32,000 bases of DNA, taken from positions 442,592-474,591 of the forward strand of contig NW_008806278.1 in the NCBI RefSeq assembly GCF_000400465.1. Reading direction: 5' to 3'. The position numbers and the translations under genes are program-made. Positions 10,336-22,500 of the stretch are shown here, in pieces. Under the pieces are notes generated by a model. It was not told the origin of the DNA and ran no database searches. It worked only from the letters and a program-made list of their open reading frames with translations. Source of the DNA: Wallemia ichthyophaga EXF-994. Lineage: Eukaryota; Fungi; Basidiomycota. Position 1 is the stretch's first letter, and every line of letters begins with the position of its first letter.

Positions 10336-10544
10336 AGATACTGATAAAACCCGGAATTGGCCTTTATTGACGCGATAAAGGTGAGAACTGTATATTCTGA
10401 ATGCTATCATTCAAAACAACCAGACAGCTACCTTCAATCTCCGGTTTTAGTAATTTATTTTTACACCCAACTCTTATCTCCTGCACCGGGAAATCCCGCG
10501 ATACTCGTTGGTGGACGACGACGACGGCGGCGATAACGAGATAA
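10336..10544. promoter_or_regulatory. Cluster of GATA(A) elements upstream of the ammonium transporter; putative AreA/Gat1-type nitrogen-regulation sites
   Basis: GATAA at about 10343, 10374, 10532 and 10540 (+). GATAAG at about 10473-10478 (-). Additional GATA cores at about 10337 and 10405. All lie within ~235 bp of the ATG at 10569. Confidence 0.6.
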
Positions 10545-10568
10545 AGAAACCCACTTTAAATCACGATT

Positions 10569-12146
10569 ATGGTCAACGTCACTTACGGCAGTCTCAACGA
10601 GCAAGACGCTATCGAGCAAGGCGGCACTGACTTTATAGCGACGCAGTCGACAGGCGAGGTGAATGCGTACAGTCCAGGCGATATGGCGTGGGTTTTAACC
10701 TGCACTGCTCTTGTCTGGGTTATGATTCCCGGTCTCTCGTTCCTCTACTCAGGTCTAGCGCGCCGGAAGAACGCACTGAATATGGTGTTCCTCTCGTTCG
10801 TTTCCACTTCCATCGTATCCTTCCAGTGGTTCTTCTGGGGCTACTCTCTCTGCTTTTCCAGAAACTCGGGCACTTTCTTCGGCAAGCTGAACAACTTTGG
10901 TTTGATCAATGTCCTCGATTTCCCCGCACAAGCTGCGAATGAAAAAATTCCTGAAATTATCTTCGCCATGTATCAGGGCATGTTCGCATGTGTAGCGCCT
11001 GCGTTGCTGATTGGTGCCGCAGCCGAGCGATCGCGTGTGGCTCCAGCGATGGTCTTTATCTTTGTGTGGACGACGCTCTGCTACGATCCGTTAGTAGCGT
11101 GGATATGGAATCCGAATGGGTGGGCAGCTCAATGGGGTGTACTCGACTACGCGGGTGGTATCCCTGTCGAGATCGCTTCCGGTGTTGGTGGACTTGTCTA
11201 CTCTATGTTCATCGGTAGGAGGAGAGGGTATGGCACTGAAGCAGTTCTGTTCAAACCACACAACGTCTCGCATATCGTACTAGGCACCGTTTTTCTTTGG
11301 GTTGGTTGGCTCGGTTTCAACGGTGGATCAACTTACGCCGCTAATCTCAAAGCTGGAATGTCTATCGTTACTACCAACCTAGCGGGAAGCTTCGGTGCTC
11401 TCACGTGGATGATCATGGATTATCGCTTAGAGAGGAAATGGTCAGTTGTGGGTTTTTGCACTGGTGCTATTTGCGGTCTCGTCGCTATCACTCCGGCTGC
11501 TGGATTCGTAGGTGCTCCTGCATCCATTCTCATAGGATTTCTGGCCTCTTTCCTGTCTAATTTGTCAACGCGACTGAAAAATATGGCTAGAATTGACGAT
11601 GTTATGGATATATTCGCTTGTCACGGTTTGAGTGGAGCGATTGGAACATTCCTAACGGGAATATTCACCCAAGCATCCGTCGCACACAACGACGCTATTT
11701 CAGATATCGAGGGTGGTTGGATAGACAGAAATTTTGTCCAGCTGGGCAAGCAAGTAGCATGGATTGCAGTGGGGACAGGGTGGGTCTTTGTGGTTACATA
11801 CGCCATCATGTTCGTTATCAACCTCGTACCTGGATTGCGATTTAGAGTGGATGAGGAGGGCGAGATTCTCGGTCTGGATGAAGCTGAGCATGGCGAATTT
11901 ACAGCAGATTACGTTGAAATGAGAAGACATGCTGAAGATTACTATGGAGAGGTACCGACTGGATTGAGAGGAGGCTTTGGTGCACCTGCTGGAGATATGC
12001 ACCGTACAGAATCACGTCGCTCACATGCTACAGAGGAAGTGCCCGAGGAGAAGACGGAGAGGACGGCTGGAGGAGACGTGGATGGAGATGGAGATAGCAA
12101 GAAGCAAGACAAGGAGCTTGGAGATAAAGATAATAGAGAGCAATAA
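10569..12146 (+). CDS. MEP: Ammonium transporter, Amt/Mep/Rh family, Mep1/Mep3-like (Glu-His pore)
   Basis: Intronless, 525 aa. Motifs YSGLARRKNAL, YQGMFA, DYAGGIPVEIASG, KPHNV, LWVGWLGFNGGS, GLVAITPAAG and DDVMDIFACHG. Confidence 0.96.
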   Translation: MVNVTYGSLNEQDAIEQGGTDFIATQSTGEVNAYSPGDMAWVLTCTALVWVMIPGLSFLYSGLARRKNALNMVFLSFVSTSIVSFQWFFWGYSLCFSRNSGTFFGKLNNFGLINVLDFPAQAANEKIPEIIFAMYQGMFACVAPALLIGAAAERSRVAPAMVFIFVWTTLCYDPLVAWIWNPNGWAAQWGVLDYAGGIPVEIASGVGGLVYSMFIGRRRGYGTEAVLFKPHNVSHIVLGTVFLWVGWLGFNGGSTYAANLKAGMSIVTTNLAGSFGALTWMIMDYRLERKWSVVGFCTGAICGLVAITPAAGFVGAPASILIGFLASFLSNLSTRLKNMARIDDVMDIFACHGLSGAIGTFLTGIFTQASVAHNDAISDIEGGWIDRNFVQLGKQVAWIAVGTGWVFVVTYAIMFVINLVPGLRFRVDEEGEILGLDEAEHGEFTADYVEMRRHAEDYYGEVPTGLRGGFGAPAGDMHRTESRRSHATEEVPEEKTERTAGGDVDGDGDSKKQDKELGDKDNREQ

Positions 12147-12349
12147 CCCGTGTATCAGTAGAAAGGATCAAATATACCTCCGTGGTCTGGACAGTGTTTC
12201 AATATTATGAAAATTTTTAAAAAGGCAAGATGAGTTGGATAGTATGTAGTTGATGGAGAGGACTTGTGAATAAGAGAAAGAAATGTATTTAATTTATAGT
12301 TATTAGAGTAAAAGGAGAATAATTTTCAACAAACTCTGTTGTAGGAGAT

Positions 12350-15221
12350 ATGTCATCATCGCAATTGCAAGTGAACAGAGAATACCGAGGAGTGAGTGGT
12401 GGTGATTAGTGGGAGAATATTTAAATTTACGCGTATTAGCTAGTTAAAGCAGCACTCAGCTCTGATACGCTGGTTATACGTGGTAAGCTGAGTGGAGATG
12501 CCCAAGTCCCCGAGGAAGTTGTTCTCCGTTTAGACGGATTACAAGGTCCACGTATCGGTACAGTCAACAAGGAAGATGAGCCATTCGCTTTTGAAGCTCG
12601 TCAGTTCGTCATTGACGTTGCGGTTGGGAAGGTCGTTGACTTCCGGCTGACCTCAGATTCCCCAAGATTTGGGATTGTGAGTTTACCACAGGGCGAGTAC
12701 TCGACCCAGGACCTGTCCACCCACATACTCCGAAATGGCTGGGCTAAGTTGCGCCAAAACAATCCACACGCTGCCCTTAATGTTATCCAGGAACACTCCA
12801 AGCAGAAGCAAAGAGGCGTTTGGGGCGCCAGGCAGCCACTAACTGTCTCCCACGCTTCCCCCGCCGATCTTCAATCTTTTGTCGATGCACACGCACGCAA
12901 ATCGTTCCCTGCCACAGTTGAGCACGTCCGCGACGGTCACACCCTCCGTATTCGTCTTGGACTCTCTCCAAACTCCCACCAGTACCTCACTCTCGCTCTC
13001 GCTGGCCTTTCTTCTCCAAAGCCAGGCAGAGAAGACATCGCCGAACCCGCACAGCAATTCGGTCCTCTATCTAAGCTCTACACTGAACTTAAGTGCTTGC
13101 AGAGAAATGTTCGTGTCTCCCTCCTCGGCACTAACCCCTCGGCTACTATTGTCCTCGGCTGCGTCACTCTCGACGACGGTTCTCCACTCGCAGAATCAGT
13201 TCTCGCTAATGGTTTTGCACGTTTTGCTGACTGGCACGCTCCCACTCTCGCTGCCCACGGCCCATCCCTCTTACCTTCGCTTAAAGTGGCTGAGAAGTTT
13301 GCGCGCGAGAAGAGACTCAATTTGTGGCAGTCTTATCAGGAGCCAGCGCTGATGAACAAGTCAGCAGCCGATATTGCAGCGAATGGCCACATTACCCACC
13401 CGCGCCAATCGAATGTCGTAGTGACGAGAGTGTGGTCAGGCGACCAGATCTCTGTGTGTCCAATCGACAAACATGGCCGCGACGGTGCGGAGAAGCGTGT
13501 ACAGATTGCTTCTGTTAGACAACCACGCAGCAGCGATGCCAAGTTGGCTTACTGGGCAAGTGAAGCGCGCGAATTACTGAGGAAGAAACTCATTGGCAAG
13601 CGCGTAGTATACCAACATGATTACACTCGTCCTAAAGAGGAGAACTTTGAAGAACGCGAAGCTGCAACGATCAGAGTCGGTCCTTCACACCAGTCGATTG
13701 GGTTGTTGTTGGTTGAAAGAGGACTGGCATCCGTAGTCAGACACCGTCGTGACGACGATAGATCACACGAGTATGATGCTCTCCTCGTCGCTGAACAGAC
13801 CGCTGCGGCTGGCGGTAAGGGCCTCCACTCCAACAAACATATACCGCTGCCTAGAATACCAGACGCAAGTGAATCTGCTAGCAAAGCCCAGTCATTCCTC
13901 CCACAGTGGAAACGCAGTGGCAGGATCACTGGTGTGGCGGAATACGTAGCCTCTGGCTCGAGATTCAAGATATACATACCAAAAGATAACCAGAAGCTCA
14001 CGCTCGTCTTGGCTGGTCTCAAGGCTCCTCGCACTGCACGCAACCCGTCGGAGAAGAACGAGGAAGGCGCCGTCGAAGCACTCGCGTACGCCACTCGAAA
14101 CGTTATGCAGCGAGATGTAGAAGTATCCATCGAGAGTACAGACAAAGCGGGTGGGTTCATCGGTACACTCTACGTCAACAATGAGAATTTTGGTGTGGGG
14201 TTGGTGAGACGAGGTTTAGCGAGTGTGCACGAGTACTCAGCTGAAGGACTTTCATTTGCCGATGAGCTGTTCGAAGCTGAGCAGCAAGCCCGCGACAGCC
14301 GTCTCGGAGTGTGGACCAACTACGATCCAGTCGCTCAACAGGCAGCTGCAGAAGCTGAAGCTGAAACAGAAGCGCGGCAGATGACGACCGAGGATGAAGC
14401 GAGCGATGGTAATCTGATTGATATTCTCATCTCAGATGTCAGAGCATCACCTCATTTCTCTTTCTCTGTCCAGCTCGTTGGCAGTGAGGACTCGCAAAAG
14501 TTTGAAAGGTAAGTTAGCGGTCAAGTTGGAACATCCCTCACTAACACCACGTGCAGATTGATGAATGCTTTCTCAGCTCATTACAACACCCTCACTTCGA
14601 ACGAGCCATTCTCGCCAAGCAACGGTATCCTCGTCGCTGCACGTTTCAGTCAGGATGGTCAGTGGTATAGGGCGCGCGTGCGACGCTGCAGCCATGTCCT
14701 CAAGACTGCCGAGGTTGTCTTCATCGATTACGGCAACAATGAAACTGTTTCATATGGCGAAATTAGGCCTCTCGACAACAAGTTTAAGACTATGCCTCCA
14801 CAGGCTATCCCAGCTAAGCTCAGGTGCGTCTTGGGTCTCTGCGTAGACACCTCAACCCTCGCTCACATTTTACACTAGCTTCGTCAATCTCCTCCCAATT
14901 GACCACGAGTATGGTCAGGAATCTCTCGATAGATTCAAGGAGCTCTGCCAAGGTCGCAATTTGGTAGCCAAAGTTGACGCTAAGGACGCAAATGGAACGC
15001 TCCATCTGCGTCTACTTGACCCCTCTGATCCTGATTCTGCAATCTCTGCCGAATACTGCATCAACGCTGACCTCGTTGCTGATGGCTTGGCACTCATCGA
15101 TAAGAAAACTAGATATGCTGGCAAGTACCCAGAAATGCAATTCACTCTGCAAGATGCTTTGCAAGCCGCTAAGAATAACAGAGCTGGTGCGTTCGAGTAT
15201 GGTGATATCACTGAAGATTAA
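12350..15221 (+). CDS. SND1: Tudor staphylococcal nuclease (Tudor-SN/p100)
   Basis: Four exons; introns 12392..12439, 14509..14556 and 14824..14878. Repeated SN OB-fold starts (VKAALSSDTL, VEHVRDGHTL, VTRVWSGDQI, AEYVASGSRFK), a Tudor domain (ARFSQDGQWYRA…VVFIDYGNNE) and a C-terminal FEYGDITED*. Confidence 0.96.
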
Positions 15222-15338
15222 ATGGTTAGATGGTTAGATGATTTCAAGTGAAAAAAGAAAGGAAGAAAGATTCATCAGATATATATATAATTGGATAAAA
15301 TCATACAAATACATTTATATTCCCACTCTCAACCACTT

Positions 15339-16711
15339 TCATGCGCTCGTCGTTGCTACACTCAGTACCGGCGACGTAGGAGACAGAGTTTGCGACGAAT
15401 TCAATGAATTTCTTTTGCTGGGAGATTGAGGCGGTGTATGTATAGTGATTCTAGCCACGCGAGCTGATGGTTTGTATTGCTTAGCGAGTGCCTGCACGCC
15501 TTCACCTTCAGCATCGGAGACTATCTCAACATGACGGAATCTCACACCGAAATGAGTATCAAGCGCTTCAAGGAGCATTGAGCGATAACCGTTGTTTGAA
15601 ATCACACCACCTCCAACTGTCAGTGTTGTAGTCTCTGGCTTGATTCTGCTTCTGTCGCCGAGGAGACGGACGAGCATATGAACGAGTGGACAAACAGCCT
15701 GTGCAGCGATTCTTAGCGCTTCGAGTTGACTGCCATCATCATGTGTAGACTGCACCATAGTGTTTGGCGTTGGATCTCCAGGTATCGCTATCAGCGTGTC
15801 GCTGAGTATTTCATCCACAACGCGCTTGGAGGGAGGCTGAGCGAAAGCGTATTTGAACACAACTCTACAAGCCTCTGCAATCCAGCATTTACGGTTAGTT
15901 TCGCTGCGCGAGAAAGAGTACTGTGTTGCGTCTGAATGATCCGCGTAAGTCTTGTTGATAAGATCAGCTGCAGAATCCACTTTGAGTTGTTTCATGAGAT
16001 CTTTGTGCAAATTGAGCTGCGCAATGTTTGTGGATGTGTTGTAGAGTTTGCTGTTACCTCTGAAATCCTCGTATGCGAGCAAAGATCGAACGGCTAATCT
16101 ACCGACTGAGTAGGCAGAGCCTTCGTCACAGAGCAGATAGCCCCATCCTCTACTAATCCCGATTCGTTCAAGCGATCTGTTCTCCGTTTTGCTGAACGCC
16201 ATTCCGTTCGTGCCTGTACCCGCAATTAGAGCAATCGCCGCATCTGTGTCGTCGTGCTTGAGCGCAGGCGAAGCGAGTAGGTCGGTATCGTTCGTTACTC
16301 TCACATTTGATTCTATGCCACCCATTGCAAATGCGCGCGCTACAGCTGGTCTGAACTCCTCAGCATCACTGGGTTGATTAACACCAGCCAAAGCCAGCCA
16401 GAGTGCCTTGAAAAGGGGTTTGCTGAATTTGCGCTCAGAACACTCGACCTCGAAACGCTGCTTGAGATAGTCAGGTAAGCGTCCAATCGCCTCGAAGGTC
16501 GCTTCTAAGATCACATTGATAGCTTGTGCGTGTCCGACTGTTTGTCTGTGGTGCGTATCAGTGGCCATCCTATTAGTCCTGCTCTTGCCACCACCCCCAC
16601 TCACAAATTACATGGCCCCCCTTCTCCCCGTGCGAGGATGCTGTCCTGCGAGGCAATTACAACTCTCGCCTTGGTACCGCCACAATCACCTGCTAGATAT
16701 AATTCTGTCAT
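15339..16711 (-). CDS. BadF/BadG/BcrA/BcrD-family ATPase; NAGK-like N-acetylglucosamine/N-acetyl-sugar kinase
   Basis: Proposed start ATG 16711 (MTELYLAGDCGGTK, phosphate-1 motif). Intron 16604..16546 joins GEGGPCN|LQTVG. Further motifs VRVTNDT, IALIAGTGTN, GWGYLLCDEGSAY and TVGGGV. Confidence 0.88.
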
Positions 16712-17269
16712 TTCCTTTGATGTTTCTCTGCGTGCTTGTTTACGTACAAGAAACCCCACCGATTTCCCGCAATCATTGCCTTTTCGGCGATAAGCGCGAG
16801 AATCAGCTTACCTTCCTTATTAAGATGATTCGATGTCATTTTACCGATATGGGGGTTTTCTTATCTCAATAACCGTGCTTAGTGCGTCGTTCTACGTGAT
16901 TTCTTTTATCCGCACATCCCTCGCACGAAAATTTGCAGCCTCTGTTTCCGACTCAAATCAATTTCATTTAATTCGGACTGCGTTGTTAGATCCGCGGAAT
17001 GTTTTTCACAGCCTTGCTGCATGCTATTAGTTCAACCTCTCGGCACTAAAAGGCCGCGAGTACAGCGGCAATTTTCGCCGCTGCCCGATAAACACTAATT
17101 CACTGATACACCACCCTATTTACTTCCCCATATACCAAAACAGGTTGTCCGCATTCCGATTCAGATCAACTCTATCGCCGTGGTATGTAGATAACATAAT
17201 TATAAATAACATTATTGAAATTCTATACAAATAGACTGATCACAGAGAGTATAAATTAATAAACGAATC

Positions 17270-18966
17270 CTACACGGCCCACTGCGACCGCGCTCTGATC
17301 GCAGGTCCCTTCTTATAAAACGTGTATGCGACTGGTATGAGTAGTGCACTGATTATACCCAACAGCGTAGCTGCCCAATGTGGAGTCATATTCCTAAACA
17401 TGGGCGCAGAAGCCATCACACTCCCTCCTGAGATATTGTACCGCACGAAAGTGAAACCAGCCAATGCGGAAGCAGCGTAACGGGCGTATGAGCTCATAAT
17501 GATCTGGTATGTCCCGACGAATATCTGGAAAAGAGAAAATCCGAATAGCACGCCAGCACTTACTGGCGCGTAGACGGGTATGCGGTCTGGGTAGCATGTC
17601 CAACCCAGCCAGAAGAGTGATATCGGCAGACCAACAGCTCCAACGAGTACTAGTGTGTGTGAGGAGTGTATGTATGCAGTTGATTCCACTCACGCGGCTT
17701 CAGGTGCTCTTCAGGTTGCATGCTGCCGTGCTTCTTGATGATGCGGTCGTAGTGCATGCAGAACGGAATGAGGAATATACCACCGGCAACAATACCAATA
17801 ATCATCGGTACAAACGCCACACCCACCCACACTACATCTAGCTCGTACCATTCACCAAATATGACGGCGTAACTCTCCAAAAATCCGAAAAGCAGGAAGT
17901 AAACGATAGAGATGTAGATTGTGAAGAAAATGACGATTGGTTCTTTAAGAAGGAAATTGAAAGGCCTCACCATGGCTACCTTAAAAACTTCTTTGAGATT
18001 TGGATTGTCGTACTTGGAGTGCCAGCGCTTGTCACCTGTCTTTCTACGCAATGCTTTCGCCTTCTCCCTATACAGCACAGGAGCGTAAGTTTCCTCAACG
18101 AAGAGTGCGACATGGAGGAAGACGACTACACCCCAAATCGCAGTCAGGTAGTACGACCATTCCCATGATGCGTACTGTGTGAGCAATCCACCAATTACTG
18201 GACCGAGAACTGGACCAATGAATGCCGACGAAGCGAACAAGACAAACAGAAAGTTCCGCTCTGATGGTCTGCTGATATCTACGACACTGCCACCTGAGTT
18301 GGAGAGCGGGGTGGCACCTGTAAACCCAGCAAAGAATCTACATAAAAGCTGTCCATACACGTGCGTCGATCTGCCTGCACCTACTTCCAATATAGAACTC
18401 ATTAGCAACGTCCAGAGATAGACTGGAGTGCGACCAAGCTCTTCAGAGAGCGGTGCGAGTGGAAGAGCCCTAGTAATGAGTCAGCGGTGTGACAAGCTCA
18501 TATGATGTCATGACCCACCCCCATGCGAAACCAATCAAGAATATAGCGGTACCAGAGAGATTCGCCACTGCTTGAGATACACCGTATGTCACAGCTGCAC
18601 CTTCACCCGCTGTTGCCGATACACTCGACGCGAATGTCAAATTTAGCCCGAGACTGCTGAGTTGAATGATGGTGAGAACCTTTTGGTGTGTTAAGTAGGG
18701 TACCGCTATCATGCTCAACAACCCACTTTCTTCCACGTCGGCCAGTTCTTGGGATCGATTTCAGGCGATGATGTCTCGTCAATGAGATAAGTACCTCTGG
18801 TGTCGACCTGCTTCTTCTCGTGTACATCGCCGCCCTCCAAATCATCCGTAGTGCTCTCTGGTGATGGATTTTTTGATATGTTCGGCGTACCAGTGTGTGC
18901 TAGCCTCTTGAATTGGCGATGCGTTGCGAAGGCATACATAGGCCACTCGTACCACTTAGGCGCCAT
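17270..18966 (-). CDS. MFS drug:H+ antiporter, DHA1 family
   Basis: Four exons; introns 18726..18680, 18518..18470 and 17693..17650. Motifs DPKNWPTWKK, PLSEELGRTPVY (motif A region), RFFAGFTGA, GPVLGPVIGG, PEEHL and AASALA; about 12 TM segments. Confidence 0.92.
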
Positions 18967-19593
18967 GGTTGTGATGCTTGTGATATTCGCGCGAACTTGG
19001 CTGTTTAATCTAAAGAAGATGCTGTTCCTAATCAGTAAACTCTTACGTACGAAAGAGAGACAGTCTATCAAATCTGACGGTTGAGCAGAGGCGCGGGAGA
19101 CAAGCGGGGAGCGTTATTTAAACATGAAAAACCACTTTGTTTTTATTTCCGGCTGTTCTTTTTGCGTTCCGCTTCAAATCCCTTCTATTCGAATTCACCG
19201 TACGAGTTAAATGTACGCCATTCTAGGCCTGTGTTTGAGTCATTTGGAGTCAATTTGGATTTGAGCTGTGAACCGCGCATTAATTCAAAGCATTCTCACC
19301 TCTATCGCACTTTGGTAGTGGCGATGACTTCAAATGTGACTATTATCAGCCGGATCTCCGGAGTATCTAATGTTGAGTGCCTGGCTGAGGAGGATCGGTA
19401 TGTGGTCTTCGCATTACACAAAATGACTCTCCCTATACATTAAGGCATTCCCAATAATTAATTACGCACGAAATGGCGCATGAGATCACCTGACAAGGTA
19501 TCATGACACGAGCCAAGACTTTCTGATTAAATGATATGCATAATAAATATATGTACAGAATGACGCTACGTATCTGCAAATTGTTGCAAATAC

Positions 19594-22500
19594 CTACACA
19601 GTCTCCTCGAGACTGATCTTCGGATAAATATTCATAGCTAGCAATTCCTGGAACAGCAATTTGGCAGCATATGGGATCTGAATGTTGGAGATGTTCTTTT
19701 GGCTCTTGCACATAGGGCAGAATCCATTATAGCCTAGAAGTTGTTAGATATGCTAAACGCAAGAGCATCAACGCACCCATTGTACCGCAGTCGTTGCAGA
19801 CGTCCACATGGAACAGATCAGATGACAGCATGAGACGCTCTCTGACAAGATGAGCAGCACCATAACCTTGTGTGATCCAGTCAGCAACAACATCTTTGCC
19901 ATCGTACATCCAGACTCACCAAGCAACGCATCACGCTCCATCTCACCTAAACGAAGACCACCATCCCGGGAACGACCTTCAGTCGGCTGGCGTGTGAGGA
20001 CTGCACGTGGACCACGAGCTCTAGCATGCATCTTATCGAGGACCATGTGTTTCAGCTTCTGGTAGTAGATAGGACCTAGGTAAGTGTAGAAAGTGTGACA
20101 TTCACCCGTAATACCACTAGTCATGGTCTCTTTGCCCGCATATGAGTATCCATTATCGATAAGAACTTGTGACATATCGTCTACTTTCGATCCACCAAAC
20201 GCAGTACCATATTCCAACGTACCTCGAATAACACCCGCTTTTCCAGACAACAGCTCGATCATTTTACCGACTGTCATACGTGATGGGAAACCGTGTGGAT
20301 TCATAATAACATCGGGGGAGATCCCGCGATCGTTGAATGGCATGTCTGCCTGAGGAACGATAAGACCACAAACACCCTTTTGACCGTGACGCGATGAGAA
20401 CTTGTCACCCAGCTCCGGACGACGCGTTTGTCGGAGCAAAGCTTTGACAAGCGTTTGATCGCTTTCTGTGTCAGTGATAAGCACTTGGTCTACGTAGCCA
20501 GGTACAGGGGATTTGTATGACATTGGTGCGTTCTTGTATGTCGTTGAGGTATCAGCTTGGCCGGGGTTGATTGAGTTGTCGAGTGCATTTGACGGCGACT
20601 GCTTGTTGACGATGACATCGTTCGTGTCCACACGTTCACCAGCCCCTGATATACCATCTGGTTCTAGCGCTTGGAACTTCTTTGGGATGATACCATCAGG
20701 TCCGATTGGTGCATCGGCCAGACGGTCGTGCGTGCCGTTTGGATACTTGCGGATCATCGTAGAGTACTTCCTCATAACCTGACAACGACCGAAACCACGA
20801 TCAAGTGAGGCCTTTTTGAGCGTTGTGTTAATGAGTATACTTCAATCAGCAATTGCACCCACCTTATTCAAGATCAAAGCATCTTCAATATCGTAACCAG
20901 AGTATGACATGACTGCAACCATGGCATTTTGTCCAGCTGGCAACTTGTCATACCCAATCAACTCGATAGTCTTTGTCTTCACCATCGGTTGCTGGGGATA
21001 TACCATCAAATAGAGAAGCGTATCGATACGATTTAGCTGGTTATATGCGATGGCACCAATAGCTTGTTTACCCATAGCACATTGGTAAGTGTTTCTAGGT
21101 GATTGGTTGTGATGAGGGTAAGGTATAAGACCAGCACAGGCACCAAGAAGAGTGAATGGTTCAATCTCCAAATGAGTTGAAGCATTTGTCATCTCATTCT
21201 CATTAATCGCAATATACGCATCGTTCTCTTCGTTGACATCAAGGTACTCGACCAGACCCTGTGTCAAGAAGGCATCAAAGTCAACCTTCCCTTCTTTAAG
21301 TGCCTTTATATGCTCGGAGGTAACTTTGGAATAACCGTTCTCAACTACAATCATCGGTCTACAGATACGACCACCATCTGAGGAGATGTTGACAGAATTG
21401 TGGTGGTGGTTGATGTAGACGGAGACAAACTCATTGATATAGCCATTGCGACGCAATTTTCTAAAAGTAGAGACGAATCTGGTTGGCAGTCTCGTCACAC
21501 CAATCAGATTACCATTCAGGGATACGATGTAAGTGTCTCTTCTGTAGAGCTCTGTACCAGTGAGAAGAGCGACATCTTCCACTCCGAGCATGTAGCATAT
21601 TTTGGTTATAGGCTCCTCCTCGACATCAGTGGTGATGTGGGTCATGAGTGCCAAGTTCTTGACCAGACCACATGCCTCACCTTCAGGTGTATCCGATGGA
21701 CAGAGCATACCCCACTGAGAAGGTTGCAGTGCACGAGGACCAGAGACCTTTCTCGTTTTTTCGAATTGGGAAGATATTCTGGTCATCATACCAAGTGCGG
21801 AGATGTAACTGAGTCTACTGAGGACGTGTGTCACACCTGCTCTCTCCATCTTGAAACGTTTGAGGGACCAATTACCAGTTGAGATAGCTCTGACAAAACC
21901 AGATGTAATGTGATCACCACCGTACAGAAGTTGAGTATAAGCGTCGAATTCTGTAGTCCGGTTTGGCTTTTTGAGGACCTTGTCGATGTTGAGTTTAAGA
22001 TCGTGGTTGAATTTCTTGAACAAGTCTTCGAACAAAAGTGAGAGGAGCTGACCAGCCAATTCAAGACGTTTATTACCAACGTAGTCACGATCGTCAAGCA
22101 TCTTCTCGTCAACCATGGCCATGAGCACTCTCCTGACCATAACGGCGACATAGATAGCTTTAGGGCGGAAGTTGAGATTTTCGACGGGGACGTGTGCCAA
22201 GACTATAGAAGCAAGTGTTTCAATAGCGTCTTCCCAAACAGGACGCTTTTGATGAGCTGGACCAGCCCGTCTAGCTGATTTGCTCCTAGCGCCAATCCAT
22301 TCAAGTGCTTGCAATTCAGTGTGAACGCCCATCTTAAGAGTCTCTTCAATGTTAATATAGAACACCTCCTTGTATTCATCATCGTGACCAGCTACTAACT
22401 GCAAAATTTCTCTATCTGAAGTGACACCCATGGCTTTGAGAGCGACGACAATAGGGACATCGTCAGCAATGGAATTGTGACGGAGATAGATTTTGCCATT

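Noticed and set aside
12879-14160. Long alternative-frame and antisense ORFs within SND1 (157 aa, 179 aa); similar ones in RPC2 (21400..21882), the pinin-like gene and the low-complexity gene
   Set aside because: These are shadow ORFs produced by codon bias of the real genes; they have no domain features.
19321-19390. Possible box C/D snoRNA (GCGATGA…CTGA) in the MFS promoter region
   Set aside because: The C box is non-consensus, there is no terminal stem, and I could not identify an rRNA-complementary guide.
19433-19711. 92-aa minus-strand ORF after RPC2
   Set aside because: It overlaps the RPC2 last exon in the wrong frame. The conserved [12 protein letters not shown]…EETV* frame is the real one.
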